The position numbers and the translations under genes were made by a program. Below, in pieces: positions 12,795 to 27,327 of a DNA stretch of 64,000 nt. Below the pieces are notes generated by a model. The model searched no databases. It worked only from the letters and a program-made list of their open reading frames with translations, and was not told where the DNA came from. The first letter of the stretch is position 1. Each line of letters starts with the position of its first letter. Source of the stretch: Octopus sinensis (taxonomy: Eukaryota); assembly GCF_006345805.1 (NCBI RefSeq), contig NC_043021.1:18352001-18416000 (forward strand). Reading direction: 5' to 3'.

Positions 12795-12847
12795 CTGTTA
12801 CAAAGAAAGCCAGGTCCAGTCTAAATCACAGCTACAGACCACCAGAG
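12795..12847 (+). CDS. BLTP2: BLTP2 window exon 4 (CYKESQVQSKSQLQTTR)
   Basis: ctctgttccag| acceptor, G|gtaaac donor. Resembles recalled human CFKDFQLQR. Confidence 0.85.
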
Positions 12848-13918
12848 GTAAACCTGTTCGGCTCCTGTTTGTCACTTTTAAAACTGGTGCAATTTGGCTC
12901 CTGATGATAACGAGGATGCCAGGCATGGAGATGAAGAAGGAATACTTTCCACAAATAAAAAAAAATATGTACTTCTAGAAGTGACCCTTATATGTAATCA
13001 TCATCATCAACATCATCATCATTTTAAAGTATACTTCTCCATGTTTGTATGTGTCAGATGGAGTTTGTTGAGGCAGATTTTTCTACGGTTGGATGCCCAT
13101 CCTGTCACCAACTTTCACCTGTTTCCAAGCAAGGTAATATTTTGCCTTGGCTGGTCAAGATTGGAAATGAAGAACCCCACTTGTATGCTGGTGATGCTCA
13201 TTTACAGCTATCAACTGGCTCTTGTGCAGGTGGCACGTAAAAAGCACCATTTGGACGTGGCCGTTGCCAGTACCACCAAACTGGCCCTCGTGCCGGTGGC
13301 ATGTAAAAGCACCCACTACACTCTCGGAGTGGTTGGCGTTAGGAAGGGCATCCAGCTGTAGAAACTCTGCCAGATCAGATTGGAGTCAGGTTTGCCAGAC
13401 CTCGGTCAAATCGTCCAACCCATGCTAGCATGGAAAGCGGATGTTAAATGATGATGATGATGATGTGGTCTCTAGACAAACACACACACACACACACATG
13501 TGCATATACATGCATGAGGAGCACCTTTCAGTTTCCATCTATCAGATCCAGGGCTTTAGTGGAAGACACTTGCCCAAGGTACCACAAAGGCTGCACTCTG
13601 TGTTGTTTCATAATTTAGATGGTGTCATCAGTGGGATTGAATAATTACCTGAATGGATCAGATAAGAATCCTGAATGAGCTTAATCTCGAAGGCAATGCA
13701 GCCAAGAACTGGAAATAGTGGATACAAAGGTGTGAGCTTTAACTTATGGCTATCTTGGAATCGCAACTAAATCACAGACTGTGAAGCGTGCTACTCTACC
13801 GCACATGGCGAGAGAAGCTGCAGTTCAAATGTAGTGGAGTGTGGAAGCAGATAGCAAGAATGATGACTAAGTGAGGTGAAAGTCTCAGGAATATTATTAT
13901 AGGAATATTATATATAGG

Positions 13919-14335
13919 CGCAGGAGTGGCTGTGTGGTAAGTAGCTTGCTAACCAACCACATGGTTCCGGGTTCAGTTCCACTGCGTGGCATCTTGAGCA
14001 AGTGTCTTCTGCTATAGCCCCAAGCCGACCAATGCCTTGTGAGTGGATTTGGTAGACGGAAACTGAAAGAAGCCTGTCGTATATATGTATATATATGTGT
14101 ATGTGTGTGTGTTTGTGTGTCTGTGTTTGTCCCCCTAGCATTGCTTGACAACCGATGCTGGTGTGTTTACGTCCCCGTCACTTAGCGGTTTGGCAAAAGA
14201 GACCGACAGAATAAGTACTGGGCTTACAAAGAATAAGTCCCGGGGTCGATTTGCTCGACTAAAAGCGGTGCTCCAGCATGGCCACAGTCAAATGACTGAA
14301 ACAAGTAAAAGAGTAAAGAGTATAGTAGAACTGAA
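13919..14335 (+). mobile_element. tRNA-derived SINE family B (~410 bp, internal (TA)n(TG)n). Other copies: 8128-8540, 49487-49890, 56638-57045, 60922-61330, 61450-61865 minus, 43160-43565 minus, 63670-64000 minus, plus many fragments
   Basis: gcaggagtggctgtgtggtaagtagc...gggttcagtccc head and shared ...ccagcatggccgcagtcaaatgactgaaacaagtaaaagag tail. Confidence 0.85.
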
Positions 14336-14621
14336 CCCAAACTACAATGCCAGGAAACAAACCCCTTAACCAAACAATTTTACTTGGCATTTTTGTTGTG
14401 TAATCCTTCAACATTTTTGACAACTTTTTCAATTTGATTTGTTGTTTTTTGATCATTGTTGTTATTTAATATTTTCCAAGCAATAATCTTGCTTGTTAGA
14501 CCACTCCAGTATCCTCTTCCTGTTACTCATCCTTGGATTTCTCTTCATTATAGTTGTTGTTGTTACAAGTAATAGGTTGACAGAATCAGTAGAGCCTTGT
14601 CAGATGGGATCTGAGTTCAAA

Positions 14622-14920
14622 TCTTTATATATAAAAGTGAAGTTGTGTGTCTGTCTCCTACGATTTAGATTCCTAACTACTCCCACATTTTGCGGTGCAG
14701 TTTAACCAAACCCGGGTATCTTATAGTCGTGATTCATATCGAGCCCTTCTGGGTATTAGTGCGCGTCTATGATGAGTCTACGATTTCAAAAAAAATTTAC
14801 CATAATTTTTTCCCATTTTTAATGCAATTTTTTGCTATTATATAAGGGAAGTAACTCTCTAAAAATGCTTATATAGTTTTTTCCCTTACAAATCCGAGCA
14901 ACGCCGGGCGATACTGCTAG
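14622..14920 (+). mobile_element. Non-autonomous Helitron-like element
   Basis: 5' TC, subterminal GC hairpin (ccgagcaacgccggg), 3' CTAG, inserted between A and T, no TSD. Confidence 0.78.
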
Positions 14921-15657
14921 TCCTTTATACATACCTTTCTGTTTTGAGTTCAAATTTCACTGGAGATAATTTTGGCTTTTTTTCCTTCTCTTCTCGTCAT
15001 TCTTGAACAACCTGGAATAATTGGTCGAAGGCATTGCCCTTCCCTCTCTCATTAAGTCATAAAATATGAAAAGGGTGAAAGAGTGGTCGGTTGAGAGAGA
15101 AAGAGGCAGACAAACAGACACATGTAGACAGGGTTATGTGAATATGTTTGCCCTGTTTACCATCGGTAGTTTGAAATTTCCCACATATCAGTCAGTCAAT
15201 GAGAGACCTGGAAATGTCTTTCTCATAAACAGAAAGATTTCAGTTCTACTTCAGCCTCATTCAAGTCAGGTGTCACCACCTCTATCTCTATCTTCTTCCC
15301 TTCATTCTATCTCAGCAGTGTTCTTTATCTATTTATTCTATCATACTTTAAATTCATGACCTACAATGACTTAGCTGGAAACAGTAATGTATGCAGCCTG
15401 GCGCTCCAGTCTTATTGTTTCAGTTCTTCTCCACTGATCTCTCCGCTACAGAGACCTCTTTTGTTAACAGGTGACCACATATTTTGCATTACTGAAGTCG
15501 GGTTTACCTCAAAAGTTCTGAATTGAAAAGTTCAGCCAAGGTTGACCCTTCACTAAATAGGGTGTCGTTAAGATAAAGTAGTAGTAGTAGTAGTAGCAGC
15601 AGCGGCAGCAGTGCCACCCACAGTGCTGTTGAGCTATGGAAGATCATATGCTTAGAA

Positions 15658-15876
15658 CAGTGGTTTTCAACCAGGGTTCCGCGGAACCTTAGTTTTCCGC
15701 CAGTACAGTCCAGGGGTTCCGCAAGAAGTTACAAAACTGCTAAAATCGGCAGTAATTTTTAATTCTCCTGTGCAGATATGTGTGCATAAGACTATTAAAT
15801 TATTGCACAGGGGTTCCTCGAGCCAGTGGAATGTTTCCTTGGGGTTCCGCTCCAGGAAAAAGTTTGAAAAGCACTG
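15658..15876. mobile_element. hAT-type MITE
   Basis: TIRs cagtggttttcaa / ttgaaaagcactg; perfect 8-bp TSD GCTTAGAA on both sides. Confidence 0.88.
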
Positions 15877-17733
15877 GCTTAGAATCTCTGTGCTATATCT
15901 CTGGTTATAAAAGATCCCTTTCGGTCACAAATGACCATGGGATGGCACCCAGAGAGTTTGTGGAAGACAAGCGGTCGCCCATGCATGCCAGTCTCCCCTC
16001 CCCTTTCCACAAATGTCATCCAAGGGAAAGGGGCCGATACAGCTTCGCACCAGTGACATCACAACTCATTTCTACAGTTGAGTGAACTGGAGCAATGTGA
16101 AATAGAGTGTCTTGCTCAAGAACACATCACAAGCCTGGTCCGGGAATCGAACTCACGACCACATGATAGTAAACCCGACGCTCTAACCACTGGGCCCTGG
16201 TTATAACATCAGTTATTTCTATTCAGACACTCCATTAAATACATTTATGTCTGCTTTGGGAAGGGTTTTTATTCATTTATTGAATTACGAAGAAGACATT
16301 GCTAGGGTGGGATGTCAACCATCGCAGCTCTGAGCCACACCTGAAGTAAGTGAATAACTGTGAAGTTTGTGGGTTTCTAAAGTGCAGCAGGCATGGTTGC
16401 AAGGTTTAAGAAGTATACTTCAAAGCAACAGGGTTTTGGGTTCAGTCCCACTTCATAGCACCTTGGGAAAATGTCTTCTACTCTGGCCTTGGGCTGATCA
16501 AAAAATTGTGAGTGGATTTGGTAGACAGAAACTGAAAGAAGCCCATTGTGTGTGTGTGTGTGTGTGTATCCATGAACATACATATATTCATATACACATA
16601 TATATATATATGTATTATGTGTGTGTATGTATGTATATATACACACATATGTGTGCAGGAGTGTCTCCTTGTCTTGATGTCATACACTAATCGTAAACAA
16701 GTGTCCCTGTCATACAAGTGGTGTCATTCATTTGCAATCATCTGTGAAAGGCTTGGAGGAATATTACTTTGCTTGGAAATAAAGTTTGATGTCAGGAAAA
16801 AACAACCAGACAAAGAAATTATCCTCAATGAATTTCACCAGATCCATTAATGCATGGAAAAATGTGGTGGTGATGTGGTGGGGACATTTGCGTACCATTG
16901 AGAAAATAGGACTCTGATAGTTCGGTATGTTCCTACATTTAAGGGGTGGGGGGAACAGTTTTTTTCACCCGGAATTTCAGTTGAAAAAAGAAAATGTTCC
17001 CTCTGTCTTAAGAGAAGGGGTAGGCCTGAGATATCAAAATCCTCTCCCCACCATAGGAAGTAATTCATTCACAGACTTCACACTATAATTGATATCGAGA
17101 CCACCACCAGGTTCCTTGGATTCCTCAGTTTTACCTCTACTCTGCTACGGCTGACTGTGGTATTTACCTGTACTCCACTCTGGTTCACTGTGGCATTTAC
17201 CTGTACTATATATTGCTAGTTTAAAAAAAAAATTGAAGTATAAAGGCAGTGCTCCAGCCTGGTCCTAGCATCTCAAAGCAACTAAATGATTATTATACAG
17301 TCTTTTATTGTTTGATGGGATCCCCAGTTTGAGTTGTTTGCTATTCTTGCCATGATCTCCAATATCTGGTCTATTCTTTCTTTTGTGGAAGTGATTTTTG
17401 AAGACCACTTAAAAGCCTCTTGAAATTACATGCATCATCATCATTTAACATCCGTTTTCCATGCTAGCATGGGTTGGACGGTTCGACCGGGGTCTGGGAA
17501 GCCAGAAGGCTGCATCAGGCTCCAGTCTGATCTGGCAGTGTTTCCACAGCTGGATGCCCTTCATAACGCCAACCACTCCGTGAGTGTAGTGGGTGCTTTT
17601 TATGTGCCAGCGGAGGCTGGCAGCGGCCACGATCGGTTGGTGCTTTTTATGTGCCACCGGCACAGAAGCCAGTCAAGGCGGCTCTGGCATCGGCCATGTT
17701 TGGATGGTGTTAAATATTTAAGTATGTATAGAA

Positions 17734-17774
<41 letters not shown>

Positions 17775-18204
17775 GACACAATCATATATACACACATACA
17801 TGAATATAAATATTCATACATACATATGACACAACACACATGCATACATGTGTGTGTGTGGCGGGGGCATAGTTTCCTTTCAGTTCCCATCTAACAAATC
17901 CACTCACAAGGGTTCGATTGAACTGGGGCTGTGGTAGGAGGCACATACCCAAGATTCTATGCAGTTGAACTGAACCAGACACCATGTGACCGAGAAGGGA
18001 ACTTCTCAATTCCGTAGTTGTGGCGATGCCTATAAAGTCTATAGAATGGTTGGTGACAGGAAGGTCATCCAGCTGTAGAAGCCATGCCAAAAATGGAACG
18101 TTCAGTGAGACATTGTTCTCTGATCCATCTGGAATGGGGGAAGTAATGTAATTCTGAACAAAAACTGACTTGGATCATTACAACAAGACGCTCGACCTTT
18201 ATTC

Positions 18205-18585
18205 TCTAGAAAAACGCAGACACCGTGGTGATCTCATTCTTGCTCACAACATCATAAGCGGAAAGTGTAACCTCTCGAAAGAGCTGTTCTTCACTCCTGC
18301 TCCAGAGCGTCGGCTGCGGGGTCACTCCGAAAAGCTCTCTCTGCGATGATTTCATCTCAATCGAAGGAGAGGGGCTTTCTCCGTCCGGGTTGCGGATCTG
18401 TGGAATAAGCTGCCGGACGAGATAGTGAAGATGCCGATGACCGCTCGGTTCAAAGTCTCCTTTGACCACAAGCGGCCTGAACTCTTTACATGAACACCAC
18501 CCTGTACATAACTCCATGTCTCCCTACATGGCCTTGCTTTTTGCTTTTTGAGCCAAAAAATTAACTAACTAACTAACTAACTAAC
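18205..18585 (+). mobile_element. CR1 LINE 3' end with (TAAC)n tail
   Basis: LEKRRHRGDLILAHNII...RLRGHSEKL...FSVRVADLWNKLP, then a short UTR and aactaactaactaac. Confidence 0.8.
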
Positions 18586-18663
18586 CCATTCTCGCTCAGA
18601 AAGTGGACATAAATGATGATGACAATGATGATGATGATAGCTATCAGTCTGTGTGTGGCTTGA

Positions 18664-18888
<225 letters not shown>

Positions 18889-18932
18889 TAAGTAACAGGG
18901 TTTTCTCTATTGTCGTTGGTGTTCTGTTTTAA

Positions 18933-19406
18933 CCCTTTCGTTACTAACCCGGCTGAAACCGGCTCTGGCTCTGTAGTACAAATGTCTTGTTTTCATAAGT
19001 TTTTAATTAAAATCTTCCACCAAACCTTAGTCACAATTTATGTTCCTAACACTAGCTGAATGATAACTAAGTTATTTTACTAAATTCTTAATTATATTTA
19101 AAGTAATTGAAAGAAACACAGAGCATCTCAACAGAAATATGGTAACAAAAGGGTTAAAATATATAATAGAGAAACAATTCTTAACCCTTTCAATACCAAC
19201 CCAGCTGAAACTGCCTCTGGCTCTGTAGTACAAATGTCTTGTTTTCATAAGTTTTGAATTAAAATCTTCCACCAAACCTTAGTCACAATTTATGTTCCTA
19301 ACACTAGCTTAATGATAACTAAATAATTTTACTAAATTCTTTGTTATATTTAAAATTAATTGAAAGAAACACAGAGCATCCCAAAATAAGTACAGTAACG
19401 AAAGGG
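18933..19406. mobile_element. Two tandem piggyBac-like MITEs (18933-19153 and 19185-19406)
   Basis: Each is TTAA|ccctttc ... aaaggg|TTAA, and the interiors are nearly identical. Confidence 0.82.
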
Positions 19407-21355
19407 TTAAACAGCATTTTATTTCTGTCAATATCTCAGCTGATGTACAACAGCTCCAGCACAAATGTCCTGTTGACCTCAGCAAATGTATACATAGTAC
19501 AGTTAAGATAAATAAACAGCATTTCACAATGTCTTGTAAAGCATAAAGATTTAGGTGTTTGTTTGGGAGGAAAATGAATGTGTTGATGTGAATGTATGTG
19601 TGAGAACACACCCTTCATAACTCACATATGTTAACGTGTGTAACTGAGTGAGAATGTTCTCCTCATAATGAGTGTATATATTGTGACTCTCTCTCTTTTA
19701 CATGTGTGTATTATAAAAGACAGTTTCTCTGGTTGCTTCTCTTTTGTTTCTGCTATACCTTTTTTTCAAACACTGTCCAACATGAATTGATATCAAATTT
19801 TCTTTTTTTTTTCTCCAAAGACTTCTTTGTTAGGAACAGGTTTTGCTTTGTTTACATGGTTGTCTTGGTTACATTGAAGGTGCTGTCAGAATGTCTCTGC
19901 TAAAGGCGGCGAGCTGGCAGAAACATTAGCACGCCGGGCGAAATGCGTAACCGTATTTCGTCCGTCGTTACGTTCTGAGTTCAAATTCCGCCGAGGTCGA
20001 CTTTGCCTTTCATCCTTTTGGGGTCGATAAATAAAGCACCAGTTTCGCACTGGGGTCGATGTAATCGACTTAATCCCTTTGTCTGTCCTTGTTTGCCCCC
20101 TCTATGTTTAGCCCCTTGTGGGTAATAAAGAAATGGGAATGTCTCTGCTAACTTTGTGGTACCACAACTCCCCAGAAACAATGTGTTTGTGAAGTTGAGT
20201 TATTTGATTGTTTAAGGCCCTGAATAGGGTCAATACTTTCCTTGAATGAGAGGTTTTATTATCAGTCCGCTTGTGCCACCAGAGGGAATTTGCCAGTCTC
20301 TAAAATGCTATATGTCTGCCCCCAGTAAAACTGAGCATTATTTAACATCATCTGTGTAGTGTTCACTTTGAAGCTCTTTAACCCCAGTGGCCCACTCTCA
20401 CATATGTGGTACCATGTTGTGAGTGGGAATAGGAACTGTTCTGTTACATTGGACCTTTCATTAAAGAACTCCTTGCCAAAATATAAATCCTAATCTCTAT
20501 TTTATGAAACTGGCAAGTGTCCCAGTTGATCCAGTCAACAGAACAGCCTGCTCATGAAATTAACCTGCAAGTGGTTGAGTACTCCACAGACATGCATACC
20601 TTTAACATAGTTTTCTAGGAGATTCAGCATGACTCAATGTGACAAGGCCGGCCCTTTTGGAGTACAGGTACAACCCATTTTTGCCAGCTGAGGTGGACTG
20701 GAACAACATGAAATAAAGGGCCTTGCTCAAGGACACAACACACCATTGCACATCAAACTCCTGACCTTACGATTGCAAGCTGAATACCCCAAACCACTAA
20801 GCCATCACATGCCTTCTCAGTCTCTGTTTTATATCACAACAGCAACAACACATCATCCACCAGTTCATCCTGACCATTGTATCATCCAGTGGCATGTAGT
20901 GGTCGTGTGCGTAGGGTATGCTGCCACATCCAATGCCACCAAATTTCAAGTAGGGTTATAACAAAAGTTTTCCATTAAGATTTCTGATTAAATTCATGAG
21001 TAAGGTGTTAATATTTATAATGAATTTGCCATTTTCGATAGTGTGCAGTGCACACCTTGCACCCCCAGAATATATGCCCTTGGTATTATCACTAAACCTA
21101 TTTCTCTACTAATCACAAGGTGCTAAACACAGAGAGGACAAACAAGGACAGACAAACGGATTAAGTCGATTATATTGACCCCAGTGCATAACTGGTACTT
21201 AATTTATTGACCCCGAAAGGATGAAAGGCAAAGTCAACCTCGGCGGAATTTGAACTCGGAACGTAGCAGTAGATGAAATACTGCGAAGCATTTCGCCCAG
21301 GGTGCTAACGTTTCTGCCAGCTTGCCGCCTTCACTAAACCTACCAACCCTAGTGA

Positions 21356-21517
<162 letters not shown>

Positions 21518-21552
21518 TAAGGTTCAGTTTGTTGTGATTGTGGATTAGCAAA

Positions 21553-21853
21553 TCTTTATATATAAAAGTCAAGTTGTGTATCTGTCTCCTACGATTTAGA
21601 TTCCTAACTACTCCCACATTTTGCGGTGCAGTGTAACCAAAAGTGGGTATCTTATAGTCATGATTCATATCGAGCCCTTCTGGGTATTAGCACACGTCTA
21701 CAATGAGTCTACGATATAAAAAAAAATTTACCATAATTTTTTCCCATTTTTAATGCATTTTTTTTTGCTATTATATAAGGGAAGTAACTCTCTAAAAATG
21801 CTTATATAGTTATTTCCCTTACAAACCCGAGCAACGCCGGGCGATACTGCTAG
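21553..21853 (+). mobile_element. Second copy of the Helitron-like element, 44 bp after the exon 6 donor
   Basis: Same ends (A|TC...CTAG|T) and high similarity to 14622-14920. Confidence 0.78.
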
Positions 21854-22178
21854 TGACATATAAAGAAAGTGAATTAAATGTGGATTCCTGGTTGGAAATC
21901 TTTTAATTTTTAATGGATTATGGAGAAGGACTACCTATGACCTTTACGGGGTCTCAAACTAGGTCCTCCCTTTTGTTGTCTCATAGGTGAATTTAATTAT
22001 TTATTCCTCATTCAATCTTAAATTAACTTAATCTTTGTTAATCTCCATAAATTACGTAATCCCCTTATAATCTTTATTGATCTAAAGTTTGGTACTCAAA
22101 ACAATTCCACCACCACCACTGCTGCTGCTGCCTCTATTCTGTCAGTGTTGTAATCTGTTCCTTTCTGTTTTTTTCTAG

Positions 22179-22266
22179 GATGTTCTTGTACCACGAGATC
22201 CACTGGGTACCGAAGGGGAGAACAAACAGATGGCCCTTCGTATTTTCTGCAGTGAACGTCCTCCTG
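22179..22266 (+). CDS. BLTP2: BLTP2 window exon 7 (DVLVPRDPLGTEGENKQMALRIFCSERPP)
   Basis: ttttttctag| acceptor, G|gtatgc donor. Resembles recalled human QLALRLFSKVRPP. Confidence 0.9.
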
Positions 22267-23280
22267 GTATGCATTTTAAAGAACTCTTTTACGGAAGTTC
22301 TATTGATTATTTGCGGTGAAGATTCCTTAAGGGTGGGGGTCTTGTTTTCATCATTTCTGGTTTTTTTAATGTTTTCTTTTTTATTAAAAAAAGACAAAAA
22401 AAAACTATGGTTTTAAATGTTTATAATTTAACCCCAGGAAGGGATTTGTGGTTAGCCATTTAAATTGGTCGTTGATGAATGGTGGCTAAAAGCAGAAAAC
22501 TTGGAAAGAAGAACAGCACCAACTTAAAATCTGAGTGTTTAATTTAAGGAAGTCGGACTAAAATGTCGAACTAAAAGCATTTAGTTTGGTCCTCTACGAT
22601 CCGAGTTCAAATCCAGACATCGTCAGTTTACTTTAAATGGCGGTGCCCCAGCATGGCCACAGCTCGTGAGCTGAAACTAGGTAAAATAAAAATTTAAATG
22701 TTGCCCTGTGTAGCACCACAACCTCTGGATTGTTCAGTTTGACACTTCCTTTTATGGGTGTTTATACCACAAGTTATTTATACTGTCACACACACACACA
22801 CAGCTGGTATCCATATAGTTTTGGTATACCAAATTTCACTGAGAAGACATTGTGGTCAACTTATAATTGCGGTAGAAGACCCTTGCTCAGAATATCACTC
22901 TGTAAAACTGAACTAGGAATGCTGTGGCTGCAGAGGAAACTTCTTAACCACACAGAACATAATGGCAACCTTCTATTCACTAGCGTAGCTAGAGTGTGTC
23001 CCACTCGGCGTAGCCCTTCCATTTGCTACTCCTGGACCCCACAAAAAAACACATATTGCCTACAACAGACCCAAAAGTGCCACTCCTACAAAAAAAACAC
23101 ATATTGCCTACAAAAGTACCTCTGTCCCCAACTTATATTAACTGTTTAGGACTGAACGTTTCTTTTGCACTCTCTGTTGTCATGAGATATTTCAGAGTCA
23201 AGGTTTGCTCCATCATCTGCCCCACCATCACCATTAATCGTCGTCATCATCATCATCATCTTGTTAATCTGATAATCTGA

Positions 23281-23469
<189 letters not shown>

Positions 23470-23975
23470 TAGTGTACCACAGTGACAACAACAATAGCAA
23501 CAACTACGACCACTGCAGTCATTACACTGTCTACTAATACTACTACTACCACCACCACCACAACAACAAAATACCATCATCATCATCATTATAACCGATA
23601 CTATAAAGGTGGCGAGCTGGCAGAAATGTTAGCACGCCGGGCGAAATGCGTTGCTGTATTTCGTCTGCCGTTACGTTCCGAGTTCAAATTCCGCCGAGGT
23701 CGACTTTGCCTTTCTTCCTTCCGGGGTCGATAAATTAAGTACCAGTTATGCACTGGGGTCGATGTAATTGACTTAATCCCTTTGTCTGTCCTTGTTTGTC
23801 TCCTCTGTGTTTAACCCCTTGTGGGTAGTAAAGAAATATATTATCAAAATAAAAACATCACAACTATCACCACCATCAACAACAACCGCACACCTAACAC
23901 CACCACCACCATCAAACGCATCATCACAACCACTACCACCACCATTAATGCAGTATCTGTGTCTGTTTGTTGTAG

Positions 23976-24109
23976 AGGTGGAATCGGACGATGGAGGTGG
24001 TTCAATGCGCCGTAAAACAGACAAAAGAAGCTCCATGAGAGAGAAGAGAGACACCTCAAAGAAGACAGCTTATGGCTCAACCTCCACTGATGACATTGAC
24101 AAGATGAAG
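23976..24109 (+). CDS. BLTP2: BLTP2 window exon 9 (EVESDDGGGSMRRKTDKRSSMREKRDTSKKTAYGSTSTDDIDKMK)
   Basis: tgttgtag| acceptor (phase 1), |gtcaca donor. Ends in the conserved DDIDKMK. Confidence 0.9.
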
Positions 24110-24268
24110 GTCACACACTCTTTCTCAATCTCTCTCTCAATCTCTCTCTCTCTCTCTCTTCCTTAGCTTTTATCTTCTTTCATTCTTTCTCTCTCCTCAT
24201 GTATGTATTTCTCTGTCTACCCTATATCATCATCATCATCATCATCATCATCATCTGTCCATTCTTAA

Positions 24269-24489
24269 CCCTTTAGCATTTAAACCGGCCATATCCGGCC
24301 AAAAGTATTCTGCCTGTTTTATGTTGAAACTGGCCAGATCTGGTCTCTCACACCAACCCTACAATATTGTTTTAAAAATTAACAGCTATTGCATCAAAAT
24401 CTCATAGCTACAAGATAATGCATGATTAGTTCAAAACAATTTGGATGAAAAAGCATTAATTTTGGTAGAATAGTGCGAACACTAAAGGG
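24269..24489. mobile_element. piggyBac-like MITE, second family (also 52025-52245 inverted and 61990-62210)
   Basis: TTAA|ccctttag ... ctaaaggg|TTAA; three homologous ~221-bp copies. Confidence 0.82.
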
Positions 24490-26829
24490 TTAATGCTGTC
24501 ATGGGTTGGAAGAGTCATTACAGTTTGAGTCGGATCATATCTGGAATTTTTTTTTACCTTCCCACACACTTTGAAGGACCATATCTCATTTGGTCATTTC
24601 AGTTTTGACTATTATTCTCCCAGAACATTCACTTCTACTGCTAATTAGGTCACATCATCATCATCATCATTTAGCGTCCGCTTTCCATGCTGGCATGGGT
24701 TGGACGGTTCAACTGGGGTCTGTGAAGCCAGAAGGCTGCACCAGGCCAGTCTGATCTGGCAGTGTTTCTATGGCTGGATGCCCTTCCTAACGCCAACCAC
24801 TCCGTGAGTGTAGTGGGTGCTTTTTACGTGCCACCCGCACAGACGTGTCACCTAGACAACAAAAACTATTGACTAATTCTAGGGAACCTTCCAAGCATAT
24901 AAGGGGATTTATTTTCTGAGAGCTCTTAATGCTTATCACACCTGTGCACTTGGTGTTACCCTCCCTGTGATTCCACTCTACCTTTTGAGCATCCCATACT
25001 TTACTTTGGTTACTCCACAAGAAACTCTTTCTCTTTTTCCTGTGTATTAAGCATTATTATTTCCCTGGTGGCAGCAGGTTTCTGTCTTGTCCCATCATCA
25101 TCATTTAACGTCCGCTTTCCATGCTGGCATGGGTTGGACGGCTTGACTGAAAACTTGCAAGCCAAAGGACTGCACCAGGTTCTAATCTGATTTGGTAAGG
25201 TTTCTAGGGCTGGATGCCCTTCCTAACACCAACCACTCCACAAGTGTAGTGGATGTTTTTTTTACAGTGCATGGCATGCACAAAAGGTATAGTGGAATCA
25301 CAGGTAGGCTAACACCAAGTGCACAGGTGTGATAAGCATTAAGAGCTCTCAGAAAATAAATCCTCTTATATGCTTGGAAGGTTCCCTAGAATTGGTCAAT
25401 AGTTTTTGTTGTCTAGGTGACCACTGGCATCGGCCAGAACTACGATCTCACTTGGCTGGACAGGTCTACACAAGCACGGTGTGTCACCAAAGGTCTTGGT
25501 CACTTGTCACTCCCTTTATTAGGCCCAATGCTCAAACGGTGCTTTTTACATGCCACTGGCAAGGGTGCCAGTCAGGCGGCATTGGCATCGGCCACGATTA
25601 TGGTTTCACTCGGTTCGACAGGTCTCCACAAGCACAGCATTGGAGTGTCTGTAAGGTAGCAAACTGGTACAATTGTCAACTCAAATGGGTAAAATGCTTA
25701 GCAGTATTTCGTCTGTCTTTACATTCTGAGTTCAAGTTCTGCTGAGGTTTACTTTGCTTTTCATCCTCTTGGGGTCAATAAAATAAGCACCATTTGAGCA
25801 CTGGGGTCGATGTAATGAACTTAACTTCTTCCCCCAAATTGCTGGCCTTGTGCCTAATTTTGAAACCAATACTGGAGTGTTTGTAGGAGTTTACGTTGAG
25901 GTTCTCAATTCCAGAATTCTCTTCCATGTCTCCTATCTTTTGTCTTATTTCATTCATAAGACTGTGGCCATGCTGGGGCACCACCTTGAAGAATTTTTAG
26001 TCGAATGAATCGACCCCAGTGCCTTTTTCAGAGCCTGGCATTCATTCTATTGATTCTTTTGCTGAACTGCTAAGTAATGGGAATGTGAACAAACCAACAC
26101 TGGTAGTCAAGTAGTGGTGAGAGACAACACAAGGACACACACACACACACATATGGGCTTCTTTCAGTTTCTGTTTGGCAAATCCACTTTGGTTGGGTCT
26201 GAAGCTATAGTAGAAGGCACTTGCCCAAGATGCCACACAATGGGGCTGAACCCAGAACCACATCTCTTTTGTAAATCTGCTACAGATTCAACTGTATGAA
26301 GAAGGTCCTCAGCAAATAGGGCTTCCCGTGGACAGCCAGTTTTTAAATTCTTTCTCTGTTACAGTTTGGAGGAGTATAATTAAGAGAAGGGTTCCAAGTG
26401 TCAATGGATTACATTGTCTCAGTATTAAATTCACCATGGAACACCTTGCTGACCCTCACCTGTACTTGGCCTGGTCACTCTCACAAGCTATCTATGTGCC
26501 CCATGAGATTCCTTGTTGACCACCAGGTCACTGAGTGTGACACCCTTATACAGGTTAACAAATGGCAGGCTTAGGGACCTACTTGTAGCTCAGTATTTTG
26601 CTAGTTGTCTCACTGGGAATATTGCATCAGTAACCCTTCTCCCTGGCACCAAACCAAACTGCATCTCGTCCAGATTAATTCTCTTCTTGATTAATTGATG
26701 TTATAAATCTTTTTATGACTTTCATTACCCAGTTTAAAATTTTGATGACCCAATTAGTTATACACACACGTGTATTTCTTTCTCTCCCTCTTTATTTGTG
26801 TGTGTGTGTGTATTTATATATGTGTGTGC

Positions 26830-26901
<72 letters not shown>

Positions 26902-26939
26902 GTCTCTCTCAAAGACTTCTCCATCGGCACAGAGACTTG

Positions 26940-27235
26940 AGAGACACTTGCTGCCGACCACTCGTCCTGGCGCAGCGCAATCACCACAGGAGCAAAAACA
27001 GCCGAGGAGAGACGGATTCAGTCAGCAGAACAGAAACGCCAGATGCGGAAAGCCAGAGCCACCTGCACCAATAGCACAGCCCCTACCCACTTCTGCCCCA
27101 CCTGTGGGAGGGGCTTTCTTGCCCGGATTGGCCTCACCAGCCACCTCCGGTCTCATAGCAGCAATTCCACCAAATGATGTCAATGGTCATCTTCGAACCC
27201 GAAGCACGAACATTATTATTATCATTATATATACA
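26940..27235 (+). mobile_element. RTE-type LINE 3' end with C2H2-like motif
   Basis: WRSAITTGA...HFCPTCGRAFLARIGLTSHLRSH (one frameshift), (ATT)n tail. Confidence 0.72.
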
Positions 27236-27327
27236 TACAAGTCCCTATGCCTGCCGTTTGTTGACCTGGATAAGGGTGTCACACTCAGTGACCTGGTGGT
27301 CACCAAGGAATCTCATGGAGCACATAC

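Noticed and set aside
12894-13361. 155-aa ORF starting with acidic PDDNEDARHGDEEG as a possible alternative BLTP2 exon
   Set aside because: There is no AG acceptor between the exon 4 donor and this segment, and the remainder runs through (CAT)n and LINE UTR sequence.
19436-19618. Minus-strand YTFAEVNRTFVLELL, superficially like the exon 6 motif
   Set aside because: Wrong strand, and the true exon is at 21412-21508; coincidence.
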